A DNA stretch of 64,000 nucleotides. Origin: Podarcis pityusensis. Lineage: Eukaryota. Where the stretch lies: assembly GCA_964106645.2 (NCBI GenBank), contig OZ067045.1; one strand, given 5' to 3'. This document shows positions 1 to 12,152 of the stretch, one piece after another (the first letter of the stretch is position 1; the number at the start of each line of letters is the position of its first letter). A program made the position numbers and the translations under genes. The notes beneath the pieces are model-generated. The model ran no database searches, was not told the DNA's origin, and saw nothing but the letters and a program-made list of their open reading frames with translations.

Positions 1-892
1 TCTCTGCCCCACCAAATCTCAACTCGTTCTAAGAGGAGAGATAGATGAAACGAGCCAAATGAACTTCCCCAACTGTAAGCCCCAAAAGATTATTATTATT
101 TTACTTCTAAAAGGCAGAGGAGAAATCCTTTACCCATTTTAGAGAGGGAATAGCAACAAGAAGTCCCTCATATGAGGTTTCCATGGGGATTAAATGTACC
201 ATATAATTCATAAGGAATGATTATAGAAGTAACTTGCATGATCCACCGGAAATGATATCTTTGCCAGCTTTGTTGGGTTTTGTTGAGGAGCCTGAACACA
301 AATTGGGTGCCATCTGCAGTGGGGTTGGATTGAGAAGGTGGTCTGTCGGTTTGTGCCCATTGTAAATTTGTGTCTTTGTTCCATCAAAGGAAACTCTCCC
401 TCCTTAGCTGCCTGCAACTCCCCCCCCCCCTTTACCATTTCAAATCTGCAGAGGCAAACAATCCTTTAATGTTGTTTGTCACCATAATTAGGCTATCATT
501 GTTAGGTGATGGTAAACCTGAGCAACTTTCCATTGGGGGAGACAGCTTAAAACAAAGTGGGACTTGAACCCAGGACCACCCCTGTTCTCAGATTTCATGC
601 CAATTGCCTGGCTCAAAAACAAATGCAGAAACCTGAGTTGTCAGCAAACAAGGTGAGCAATTTTGTCCTGGCTTAGCATTCATGTCCAAACATGAATCTG
701 GTAGTGTCTGGATGTTTTCCTATATGTAAACACAATATAGCTATATATTTTTAACTTGGGCATTGTCAGACAAATCCCAGTAGAATATCCAGCTTCTGCT
801 GGCATTCTCCCTCCACCCCTTTCTACTGTTTGAACCTCTCTTGGGAGGCGAAGCATTCAGCAATTTTTAAACGTCAAGTTATCTCTTACTAC

Positions 893-1027
893 TGGAGCAG
901 TGAGCCTGTGGCCCTCCAGATATTGTTGGATTCCAAATCCCATCATCCCTGACCCTTGGGCCAATGCTGAATATGATGGATGAGAGTCAGACCTTAACAA
1001 CATCTGGAGGGCCATGGGTTGCACTCC
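893..1027. mobile_element. Palindromic ~135-bp hAT-type MITE, degenerate copy
   Basis: Arms 'tggccctccagat(at)tgttg' / 'caacatctggagggcca' are reverse complements; same family as the 2682-2820 copy. Confidence 0.7.
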
Positions 1028-1185
1028 ATAAGAAGAGCAGAAGAGGCTGCTGAATCAGGCCAAAGGCTGTCTAGTCCAGCACTCTGTTCTCACAGTAGCG
1101 AGCCAGAAGCCTATGGGAGACCCACAAGTAGGACCCGAGCATGAGAGCAGACTCCCCTCCTGTGGCTTCCAGAAACTGGTATTCT
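1027..1185 (-). mobile_element. Old CR1-group LINE 3' end remnant
   Basis: 'cataagaagagc...ctgctgaatcaggccaaaggc..tctagtccagcactctgttctcacag' pattern; similar remnants recur near 10280, 16070 and 41900. Confidence 0.55.
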
Positions 1186-2681
1186 CCCTTAGGATGCAGT
1201 CCTATAGGTATATTTCTACTTGGAAGTAAGTCCCATTGATTCAAGAGGACATAATCCAAGTGGCAATAGGGTTTCAAACTTTGTAACTATCATATGCATT
1301 TCAATGTAATAAGTGAACTGAGTTAGTCCTACACAGAGTAGACCCATCGAAAGTAATGGCCATGACTAACTTAGTTCCAATTAACATTTCATTGTATACA
1401 ACCCTGAATTAATCAGCCTGGTCCAAGGTATCTGTATGTGTGCAATAAAAAAACACATGGGCAAAGGTTTGCAGTCAACATGTGAAAATTGTGCAAATGT
1501 GCAGGTCTCGGCTCCCCCTTCTTCCCCTGACTCCAAGCAAAAAAGCTGAGAGATGGCTCTATCTAGTGCCAGACAAGGAGATAGATGCTCCTCCCTCCAG
1601 CCGTGGCTTGTCATGGCCTCTTTGATTTATTGCTTCTATTCTAGCCTCTAAAAAAGAAACTGCCCCCTGAGGTTGGAAGCCAAAGGTCAGGGGGCAGCAG
1701 AGGTCGCAGCAGTTCAAAAGTCATTGGGGGCTCTTTGTTGGCATCTGGGATAATGAGCCAGGAAAGGCTGTTTGCTGGGATATGGCTGATAATGAATGTG
1801 CTTGGGAGAAAGAGAAGAGAGGCGATGGAGGAGGAGGAGGGGTCAGGCACGCTAGACCCCCAGGTGATGCGCTCTCCATTAGGCCATTAGCCACATGTAC
1901 GTGTCTGTCTGTATTCAGGGGGTGGGTTTGGGACCAGCCTTCCCTTGACACCATCTGCCTGGGATGGGGGACGGGTAAGGAAGGAGGAGGAGGAGGAGGC
2001 AGCGAAACACCGAATTGCTCTGATGCTCCGGCTGTGTTTGCCGCTTGCTTGCACACAGATGGCGGTGGGTTTGGAGAGGTAGAGTGTGTACTTTTTGTTC
2101 TGAGGAGCTTTTGGGGGAGAGAAAAATAATCTAGAAAGAAAAAAGAAGCATGAGCAAGAGGGAGGGAAGGAGAATCTGGGGGGTGGAGAGGAGGGGAAGG
2201 AGAAGCACCATCAGCAGTGGGTGGAATCTCTGAACTTTACAGTCAGCAACTAGAATTATCTCCACGCCGGCCAAGGTGGTAAGGGAGACATCAAATGTTT
2301 TCCACCACTTCCTGCTCAGAGATGCCTGACCCAGGCTCCACTGCACATCTTAAATGCACTACTTCAGTTGGGGTGTGTGTGTGGTCCTGTGGTCTAGTCA
2401 CTTACTGATCATTTTATGTGTCTGTCTGCCCCCAAATGAGGCTTCTTGAAGGCAACTTTGTCCTTTGGCCTTCTTACCAGATCAGGAGTTTGAGAATATA
2501 TCCTAATTGGACATTCCTGGGAGGAGGCTTAGAGGGGCACCCACTTTTGGAGAAAGGAGCAGCTTTCTTTGTCTGCACAAAGGCGGAATCTGGTGCTTAA
2601 TGCTGAATTTGATTTCACATGAATCCCAGGCTTTGTTTTGCTTATTTTGAAGTTAAGCATCTAGATCTAATTCCACTAGAG

Positions 2682-2820
2682 CAGGGATAGGGAATCTATG
2701 GCTTTCCACATTTTTTTGACCTACAACTCCCATCAGCCCCAGCTCGCATGGTCAACAATCAAGGGTGATAGGAGTTGTAGTCCAGCAACATCTGGAGGGC
2801 TGCAGGTTCCCCCATCCCCG
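2682..2820. mobile_element. Palindromic hAT-type MITE
   Basis: Termini CAGGGAT.GGGAA / TTCCCC.ATCCCCG; internal 'ctacaactcccatca' / 'tgataggagttgtag' inversion; flanking 8-mers cactagag / atctagag (degenerate 8-bp TSD). Confidence 0.8.
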
Positions 2821-3127
2821 ATCTAGAGGAATGCATTGGCCATGTCTGCTAAAGGCTCACTCAGAAACTGAATGGAACTCTTGAAGATGAAAGCTATCAG
2901 TGGGTGGAACTTTGATTTGCTCCCACCACCATGCAGCCCTGCTTCAGCCCCTAATCTGAGCAGCTTTTTGGTTTTTTAAATTGGATGGCTTGAAATGCAG
3001 AATAAATGTGTGCAAAGTGGGGAAATGCATGCTGTGCCTAGCTGAGTAACAGGACGTATATAAAAGTGAAAGTGCCCAGCTTTGTAGAATAATCTACAAA
3101 TATTTGGGTGGATGGTTACACAGAGAA

Positions 3128-3374
3128 CAGCATTCCCCAGCTGGGTGCCCAGCAGATGCTTTGGGCCAGAAATCTCATCAGCTCATGGGCATAGCCAAGG
3201 GGGGCAGGGGGCAGCTACTCCCCTAAATCAAGTAAATCAATTAAAATAATTAACTGAGGTTGTGGCCCCCTTAATATGAAATCTGCCCCCCCAACATAAA
3301 TCCTGGCTATGCCCATGCATCAGCTCTGTGGCCATGCTGGCTGTGCCTGGTTAGCACCAGGTTGGGGAAGACAG
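3128..3374. mobile_element. Palindromic hAT-type MITE, interrupted by a younger hAT MITE
   Basis: Left arm 'cagcattccccagctgggtgccc' and right arm 'gcaccaggttggggaagacag' flank the 3184-3317 insertion. Confidence 0.65.
3184..3317. mobile_element. 134-bp hAT MITE with perfect TIRs and TSD
   Basis: 14-bp TIR CATGGGCATAGCCA / TGGCTATGCCCATG; perfect 8-bp TSD CATCAGCT at 3176-3183 and 3318-3325. Confidence 0.9.
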
Positions 3375-6089
3375 CAATATGTAGACAATGTATTAGCGTG
3401 CTGGAGCTAAGAGGTAGGGGTGTGTATGGGTGTGTATACACTCTCACTGGAGACACATTATGTAACAGCATATGTTCTAGGGCAGATTGCTTTAGGGTGT
3501 TGCATACTGTTGCGTGGACAAAGGCAGCTTAGCATAGCATCCTGTCTTGTGCGTTTGGGGTGCCTTTTTGCAAGCTCCGTTCCTGTCTCTCCTTGGCTCT
3601 AGATTTGTAACCCCTCTCTTAATTAAGCCCCTGCCGAGCTTCTCTTGCTTCCGTGGTTGTGACGCATTCTGCACCATGCTGAGATCGCTGCCTGGGGTGC
3701 TGCTCCTGCCCTCTCTCCCTTCTCTGCATCCAGCAATACCTGACTAATCAGGTGTGCTCTCTCTTCCCCACCCCACCCCAAATGGCTGAAATACACAGTT
3801 TGAATCTTCCTCCTCTTTTCCAGTGGCTTCTGTGTGCCTTTCTCCTCATGTCACCCCTTCCCACCCCATGCATAGCCTTTTGGCCAAGCCTATCAGGAGG
3901 CTTGGCTGCTGCCTGCTCCCGAGCAGAGAGCTTGCCACGCAGGGGCAATTTAAGGACAGGAAGCAGGTGTTCTAGCAGCGGTGGCTGTTGGCATGCCAAC
4001 AGGGGGGCAAGGGCTGCTTCCTAGCCAGCGTTTGTCACCTGCTTACTCCATAAAGCAAGTTCCATGTGTGCAGCATCCCATAGGTGTTCATGAGCAGCAA
4101 AATGCTAGCCTGCGTTAGAGGGCTTAGCATTTGCACAAGTCTTGTCAAGGCGTTTGAATTATTGCTGCTCAGCAGGTAGCTTTCCCCCCTCCCCTCCCCT
4201 CCCCAGGGCTTCCTGGCGGGGGCAAGTTGGAGCGGTCAGCTCCAGCTTGCCTCCCCGCAGGTGCTGGGGCCGGATCTGCCAAGCTCAGCTGCATTGGGAA
4301 AGCAGGCGGGTGGAAGGCTGCTGCCAGCACACTGCTGTTCTTTCCAAAGGTAGCAGCCATCTGCCGCTGTGATAAAAAGCCCCGCGGATGATAAATAGAC
4401 AAGTAGCACTTTTATTGGATTGCAGCTATCGGAGCAGCCACTTTGGGTTTGGCACCCGCACTAACGACAGGCTCCCTGAGCCTCACCGGGCACCGCAAGA
4501 TGGCTGCACTGGCTCCTTTTGTTAGGCTGAGCTTCTTTTGCAGCCCTTCTTCAGGGTCTTGGGATTCACCCAGGGGTGGGGGCCGCAAGCCACTTCAGAG
4601 AGTTATTTCTGCAAAGGTAGCTGGGAAAGAGGGCTGTAGGTTAGCAGTTGGAGCTTCCTAGTAGTCTACCAAGGCTTTGGGGCTGCTCAACAGCCACTCT
4701 GAGTGCCTCAGCATCCCTTTGGGAAAGAATGACCCTGTGTTCTGTGCTTCGCTCAGCAGGTAAATTGCCTTTCCTGTCTTGCATTTCATCTACAGAACAA
4801 TATGCATCAGTCTTGGTTGTGTGTGCTCTCTTGTATTCTAGATTGAGTGTGGGGTGTGGGGTATGGGGAGGCTTTCTCCATGCAACTTCCAAAACTGATT
4901 GACCCCTGAAGTTCTGAAAGTGTAAACAAGAACATATTCCCCCTAAGAATGAACGAATGAATGTTACATTTCTTTCCCTTCCCCCTGCCCGCCCCTTGGA
5001 AGGAACCCCTGGAGGCCTTGCTGGAACCCACTTCCCACTTTGAAGCTGCAGTGTATCACTGCCCATTTTGCAGATGGAAAAACTGAGGCTGAGGAAATAA
5101 AAGCTGCCAATGCAGTGAGCTTCCTGGAATGAACTGAGAATGTAAGACTGTTTTTTTCCTGGTCAACCATGCTAATTTTCTGTCACTGGGGCAGTTGAAA
5201 GGCAGGCAGGGATGGAACTGTTGATTGAAGAAGGACTGCGAGTACCCACCCTCCTCCCATTGCCTGCTTCAGAGTGCTCGCGTGATGGCCTTTCCATCAT
5301 CACCTGCAAGGAACAGCCTGTTTGTCAATAAAAGAAGAGAGAAAATTGCTGATGAAATGGACTGTGATTTGCTTTGTATTTCCTCAGCATGTTCACCCTG
5401 CAGGCACCTGTTCTGTGATTCAGGAAGAGGAGGCTGGCAAGGACTTGGAAAGCAAAAATAATATTAAAAAGGCTGATTGTGAAAGAGCCTTGCTTCATGT
5501 TTTTAAAGGCTCCATCTTGCCATATCTTGTGGATGTGTGAGAGCTCAGAGGGAGCAGGTAGCTGGGCATGCTTCCCATCCTGACCAGGCTGTTTTCTCCT
5601 TGCAAGAGGGCTGTGGTATCTGGAGAGGAGAGTCCCTCAATGAATAAAACTAGCATGAACAGGATTATGATAATCTGTACTTTGTGTGACTCCAAATAAT
5701 TAAAGAAGAATAAGAGTAGAATTTTCCCTATACTGACTTCTTTGCCAAGTCTCCATGCAGTTGCAGAGGTCAGTATTTACCAATAAATCCAGTCCGGTAA
5801 GCATGAAGAAAGCTCAGTATTCTCCTGGTTTGGAGAAAGCAAGAAATCTAGCCCAGTTCTCTCTGTTTTAGCTGATGGCCGCTCTCCAAGGTCCTAGCCA
5901 AAACCTTTTCCCTGCCTGGTTTCTGGAGACCTGTTACCCAGAGGCACCTGCAGTTGAAGATGGGACCTTACTTATCAAAGGATTTTTTCTAGCCCTGAGC
6001 CAGGAGCTGTATTGTTTGCTTCCTGCTGGACTCATCTGTAGCTTGGGGAGTGGCAGGAGCGGGTGACCAGAGAGAGATTTTTGTTCTGC

Positions 6090-6295
6090 AGCTCAGTGGT
6101 TAAGATCACCTGCTTTGCATGCAGAAAGTCCCAGGTTCAGCTAAAACCTCCAGTTCTTTTATTGTCCAAGGATTAGATAGCAGGAAAGAGTCATTATTTG
6201 CTTGAAACCTTGGAGTACCACTCCCATAATAGGCAATCCTGAGCTTAGTGGACCAGTGGTCCCGGCTCTGTGCAAGCGAAGTGCCCGTGTTTACC
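6090..6295 (+). mobile_element. tRNA-derived SINE, degenerate
   Basis: A box-like 'gctcagtggtta', B box-like 'ggttcagcta'; body similar to the 11968 copy. Confidence 0.6.
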
Positions 6296-7168
6296 TGCAA
6301 GTGCTTTTAAACAATGACCAATGAATCACCTCACAGTCTTGAAACTCTGCCAGAGAACACGCTCTGCAAAAATCACGACCACAGTAACAAAAGAGGCTAG
6401 TTCCTGGAATTTCAGAGAGCCCTGGGTATTACTACTACTACTATTATTTGTTATTTGGTATACTGAAACTCTGGAAAAGGTAGCATTGAGGACAGACACA
6501 CAGACACATGCCTTGTTCATTAGTGTTTCACCTTCTCATCCTTTGACCATTTCTGTGCAGCCCTGCCCTTTATCCAGCTGGAACTCAGGGCCAAGGCGAT
6601 GAGCAGCTCCTTCTTCCTCTTGGTCTTTCCCAGCAGGGCTCAGTATTTGGGGCAAGGCAAATTGCCGCCTTTTCAGCAGGGAGGCAGCTGCTAACAGGTG
6701 CTCCCTTGCTGTGTGGTGTTCTCTCTCTCCAAGCTTCCTAGAGAACTCTGTAATGAAGTTCAGCTGTGAACTTCGGTTTTGGGTCAGGAAGGCAATTTCT
6801 CATCATCCTTTCGGTGGCAATTGAGTGGAAGATTCAGGAGCTGAGAGCGAGAGAGATGGTGTCTCCCCCTCCCATTCTCTCCCCTACACTTTCTTTCATC
6901 TTCCTCTTCACTCTGATGAAATGAGGAGTGCTCAGGCTGCCAAGGTTAGCATTTGAGTGTTCTGATGAGGGAAGGAAGGACTGGGCATGAACACACCGTG
7001 GCAGCTTCCAGCAAGCTGCTACTAAAAGAGATTTCTTGAAACACACATCTTGCCTTCAGAGACACTTTGTGTCAGTTTTTCCCATGCCTGTGGTGCAAAT
7101 TGGGTTGGACTTTTATAGGGCTACAGATGTGCTGACAATGGCCCTGTTTGGGCCTGATGCTCAGGATT

Positions 7169-7215
7169 AAACAAACAAACAAACAAACAAACAAACAAAC
7201 AAACAAACAAACAAA
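7169..7215 (+). repeat. (AAAC)n microsatellite
   Basis: Direct reading. Confidence 0.95.
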
Positions 7216-7742
7216 TAAACTCCCGCCACTCTTCTCAAAGAAGCCCAAGGAAGCAATCATCAAAACGTTTAACAACCTTGGTAGGTTGCTGCCATTCAGT
7301 GTGGACAATAATGACCTTAAATGAACCTGATAAAATGTGACTTCCTGTGTGCCTTTTTCCGTTTTTCTGCACAGAGGTGATAACACAAGTATGTACCTTT
7401 CTCATTGATAGCTGCTGCTCTTAGACTGTCTGGTACCAAATCGCCACGTGATATCCCAAAGGCTAGTCTTTATCAGGAAATAATTGCAGTATTACTGTAT
7501 ATTTAGTGACTGTCTAAATATAGCATGTCTAAATATAAATATACTGTACTGCAGCCTTGCAAATAAGCCATCAGAAGTTAGTAGCCTGTAAAAAATGTTT
7601 ACCAGCCCAGCTTCCCACTTAAGCTTGTGCAACAGCTGAAAATGAGCCATTCCCCTGAGTGATGTCTGAAAGGATTCTTGTATGCCACAAGTGACTGACT
7701 ACAACAAGCCTGATTTACCCCTACCTGTAGACAAAGGAAGTA

Positions 7743-7984
7743 CAGTGGTACCTCGGGTTAAGTACTTAATTCGTTCCGGAGGTCCGTTCTTAACCTGAAA
7801 CTGTTCTTAACCTGAAGCACCACTTTAGCTAATGGGGCCTCCTGCTGCTGCTGCGCTGCCGGAGTACGATTTCTGTTCTCATCCTGAAGCAAAGTTCTTA
7901 ACCTGAGGTACTATTTCTGGGTTAGCGGAGTCTGTAACCTGAAGCGTATGTAACCTGAAGCGTATGTAACCTGAGATACCACTG
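7743..7984 (+). mobile_element. Tc1/mariner (Tigger-like) non-autonomous MITE, copy 1
   Basis: TIR CAGTGGTACCTCGGGTTA / TAACCTGAGATACCACTG; TA TSD at 7741-42 and 7985-86; internal TAACCTGA repeats. Confidence 0.9.
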
Positions 7985-8719
7985 TAGAGCTTTACAACCA
8001 CAAGAACTGCCTCACAACTGGTTCAAAGGACACCTTTCTTCCCAGCTCACCCAAATGGTGGTGTGGGAGAGGTTAATTAGAATTTAATCAAAGGAGGGTG
8101 TATTGTGGGTGAGAGTTAAGATACTTGAACAGGAGCCGTTTGCAGCTCTGGTCGTTATGTGGGTTTGCAATTAAAACAATTATGTCTTGGGAGAGTCAAG
8201 CTGTCTGACTCCTTGCATTCATAATTTGATGATGTTTGATAGCCACCCCTTCATTATTTATTTATTTCATTTCCATGCAGAGAGATGCAAAGACTAAATC
8301 CAGGAAGATTGGAAGCTGGGGAGCTGGTTTTATACACAGGAAACGAGTGCCATGGACAGGAATCAATTGAGACACACCTCTAATTTTGAAAAGGGGGAAT
8401 CCCATTGAGGTTGTTATTGATGCCCTGAAGTAGGGATTGCTCCATTGCTTGATATCATGCGCCCTAACACCAATGCCCTGCTCATATTTGGGGCATGTTA
8501 TATAAGGCTCTGTGCTATTGTCCCTTTGGGATCCAGAGGCAAATTTAATTCAGAAATGCCACATATGTTTAGGGGAGAAATATGTGGTATAAGATGGAAT
8601 TTTAAAAGATGTCTCATAGGACTGGAAAAAAATCCCAGCTGCCTAGTGTTCTAGGTTCATAGAAACCTGAAATACTTTGTACTGCCTTACACCAGGTTAC
8701 ATCAATAGCCCATTTAGAT

Positions 8720-8887
8720 CAGCCTTCACCAGCCTGATGCCCTCCAGATGTTTTGGACTACAATTCCCATCAGCCCCAGCCAACAAGACTTGCTGCCATC
8801 ACCCCCAGGAGCTTGCAGTTCTGCTGTCTGGGGATGATGGGAGTTGCAATTCAAAACAACTGGAGGGCACCAGGTTGGCAGAGGCTG
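8720..8887. mobile_element. Palindromic hAT-type MITE
   Basis: 'cagccttcaccagcctgatgccctccag' / 'ctggagggcaccaggttggcagaggctg' inverted arms. Confidence 0.75.
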
Positions 8888-9980
8888 ATGTAACCAATAT
8901 TGACTATTCTGACTGACAGCAGCTCTCCAGGGTCTTCGGTAGAAAGAGGCTTTCCCACATCCGGTACTACCTGGTCATTTTTAGTAGGACATGCCAAGGA
9001 TTGTACCTGAGACCTTTGGCATGCAAATCAGGTGCTTTACCACTGTGCTATGAGCCTAAAAGTTTCTAGGGTTGGAATCTGTAATTTCTGCACACACCCT
9101 TGCTATGTGTCATTTTGTCCCTGAAAATGTGGTTTGTTTGTGTTCTGCCGTTCTTCAAAAAAATACAAAAAAATAGGGTAGATACACAATCTCTTTCTAT
9201 GATCCTCACAACAAGCTGAGAAAAAATGATTGGCCAGTGAACTACACATCTGAGTGGGAATTTGATCCTGGTCCAATGCGCTTAAGTTAGGGACAGGGAA
9301 TCTGCCGTTCCCCCAATGGTGTTGGACTACAGTTCCCAGCTTCTCTGGCCATGCTGATTGAGGCTTATGGGAGTTGCAGGTTGACCACATCTGACAGGCC
9401 ACCTGTACCCTGCCCTGTGCCATGCTGGAGTACTAATCAGATTAACCCCTTCATTCTTTCTGTGTGTGACACTAGACCTTTTGGCTGATGTTTGGCGGCT
9501 GCGTATGTGTATACAAGCTTGCTGTACTCTGTATGGTTCTCTGCTTTAAATGTCATTACCTGCTATGAGCAACAGGAAGGTCCAAAGAAATGCATCTGAG
9601 AGATGCAACTTAGCCCCAGAAGTCTAGCCTTCATGGAAGGAGGGATCATGTCATGAAGGGATGTAGGCTTGTTGCTGTTCTCCACCATTGTCATACCCAC
9701 CTAGCACCCCCCACTGTCTTGCCAACTGCCTCAGCCAATGTGGAGAAACTGGGGTAAGAAAATTTCATTGCTTGGCAACTGCCTCATATGTGTCGGCAGT
9801 TGTCTAGCAACCATTGCCATCGTTCTCCAGCTCCCTCTCCTCCTGGTTTGATTTTAGCCAACACCTGTCTGATGAAGGTGAGGAGGAAGGTCTAATCTCC
9901 ATTAGGACCAATGTGAGCCCTAATTTGACAGTAGGGCATCAAGTGGTAGTCCAGGTTCCTGGACAGGAGCGGTTGAATTG

Positions 9981-10006
9981 GTGTGTGTGTGTGTGTGTGT
10001 GTGTGT
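9981..10006 (+). repeat. (GT)n microsatellite
   Basis: Direct reading. Confidence 0.95.
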
Positions 10007-10552
10007 AAACAAGATTTTTGCCTTAAAGAGTAAGGTTTTATGTAATTATGGGCATGCTAATATGGAAGTAGCATGCTTCCATTTAATTTAGAGATGTTAC
10101 TTGTGAGTAAATGTGACTAGAGGGATAATAATCTCCTTTCCTCTGTTCTGTCTAAATATGTCTGCCTGCTGCCTTCTGCCTGCTTTGGCTCCACTTGGCA
10201 AGCTTCTTGCCTCTATTCATTCAACCTCATTCCTAGTCATTGACATCTGGCGTGCAAGGTAGTTCCTTTGCATCCTGAGAACATTAGAAGATCCCTGTAG
10301 CTGGGTCAGGGCAAAGTAGGTCTAGTCTAGAATGCTGTGACTTGGAGTGAGTAACCAGTTGCCCCCTGGGACAAACGAGCAACAGCACCCTCCGTACTCA
10401 TATTTCCCAGCAAATGGGATTATGAGGCTTAGTTCCTGCACACATGGAAATAATATTTAGCTATCGCTGTGTTCTGGTGTGTCTGCCTTGACTCCACTTT
10501 GCAAGATGTTGGTCCACTAAAAATTAATTTATTTATATATTAAATGCCTATA

Positions 10553-10819
10553 CAGTTGTACCTCAGAAGTCAAACAGAATCTGCTCTGTAAGTCCATTCG
10601 ACTTCTGAAACATTCGACTTCCAAAACGTTCGACTTTCAAAGCGCAGCTTCTGATTGGCTGCAGAAAGTTCCTGCGGCCAATCAGAAGCTGCGGAAGCCC
10701 CATCAGACGTTCGGCTTCCAAAAGAACGTTAAAAAAGTGGAACACTCACTTCTGGTTTTTGATCGTTCAGAAGCTGGAACGTTCGACTCCCAAGGCGTTT
10801 GCGAGCCGAGGTGTGACTG
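10553..10819. mobile_element. Second Tc1/mariner-type MITE family with central hairpin
   Basis: Termini CAGTTGTACCTC / GAGGTGTGACTG; TA on the left (CA on the right); repeated 'ttcgactt'; internal 21-bp arms 10644-10664 / 10672-10692. Confidence 0.75.
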
Positions 10820-10982
10820 CACTGCTCTTCATTCAAGGATCACAGGGCAGCTAACAATATAAAAACTCAAGAATACATAGCACGGTAACAACAAAAGCAA
10901 TACCCCCCTCACTAGTTTAAAAGGCTGTAGATTGACCTTGTAAAGAAACATGCTGGATTAAATCACTCATTGGACCAGAATA

Positions 10983-11207
10983 CAGTGGTACCTTGGGTTA
11001 AGTACTTAATTTGTTCTGGAGGTCTATTCTTAACCTGAAGCACCACTTTAGCTAATGGGGCCTCCTGCTGCTGCTGCACCGCCGGAGCACAATTTCTGTT
11101 CTCATCCTGAAGCAAAGTTCTTAACCCGAGGTAATATTTCTGGATTAGCGGAGTCTGTAACCTGAAGCATATGTAACCTGAAGCGTATGTAACCCGAGGT
11201 ACCACTG
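10983..11207 (+). mobile_element. Tc1/mariner MITE, copy 2
   Basis: Same TIRs as copy 1; TA TSD; lacks one 17-bp unit between 'ttcttaacctga' repeats. Confidence 0.9.
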
Positions 11208-11967
11208 TAGACTCTAGTCTAGGAAGTATTTGTGGGTTGTATGTATGAAGATTGTGTGAGTGCTAAAACTTTGTGATATGCCTAAGACTCTTGCCCTGTA
11301 TGTTTGTCCTCCCTCCCTCCCTCCCTCCCTCTGTGTGTGTGAAATATATGTAACAGCAGTACACAACCACCCTCTTCTGCTGAGCCTCAAACAGGCATTC
11401 AGGAAGAGGAGCAGTGTAAATTCCATTTCTCAAGAGGTTGCTAAGAGCTAGAATTAGCACTCTGAGGCATCCTTCCAGTGCTGCCAGCCAGCAGTAGTTT
11501 GCCCTCTTCCATTCTACCCCCCCCCCCATGAAGCCTTGGGGCAGGGAAGAGCAGGAATGAAGGTAAATGGAATCCCCACAGAAAGGTGACAGACTGTATT
11601 TCAGTATTCAGAATGAAGCTATTCAGATCAACTTGGGAGGTATGGAGTAGTGGCTTGGCCGGAGCTTCAGATTCCCCCAGTGAACCCTTGTTTGACACAG
11701 TCCTTCCTTCTCTCTCTTCTGCTCTCCCCTCTCCTTCCCTCAAAAGCATCTTTGCTTATTCAACAATCCTTCTTTTCTTAACAATAAGCAGTTATAGGCC
11801 TTTTAAAAAAGTAATTGTCTCAGGTCTGCCCTTGAATCTGACTTTAGGAACACCAGTATCTCTCTGGTCCCATTTCTCTAAGGTGCAAGATGTTCATGTG
11901 AAAATAGTGTGGTTGGGTTGCTTGGTAGCAGAATGCTCTCAGATGACCTCTGCTTTCCCCAGAAATA

Positions 11968-12152
11968 GGGGAAGAGCTGTAGCTCAGTGGTAGATCATCT
12001 TCTGCCTTACACACAGAAGGTCCCAGATTCAGTCCCTGGCATCTCCAGGTTGGACTGGGAGAGAAGCCCCTGCCTGAAAATCAAGTCAGTGAAGACAATA
12101 CTGAGCTAGATGGATCAAAGGTCTGACTCAGTATAAAGCAGCTTTCTATGTC
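11968..12152 (+). mobile_element. tRNA-derived SINE (~185 bp, tail ...ggcagcttcctatg type)
   Basis: A box 'tagctcagtggtaga', B box-like 'gattcagtccc'; tail 'ctgagctagatgga..aaggtctgactcagtataaagcagctt'. Confidence 0.8.

Noticed and set aside
7790-7975. CRISPR-like repeat/spacer array (TAACCTGAAGC)
   Set aside because: Short irregular repeats inside a TA-flanked MITE in a vertebrate genome; no cas genes.
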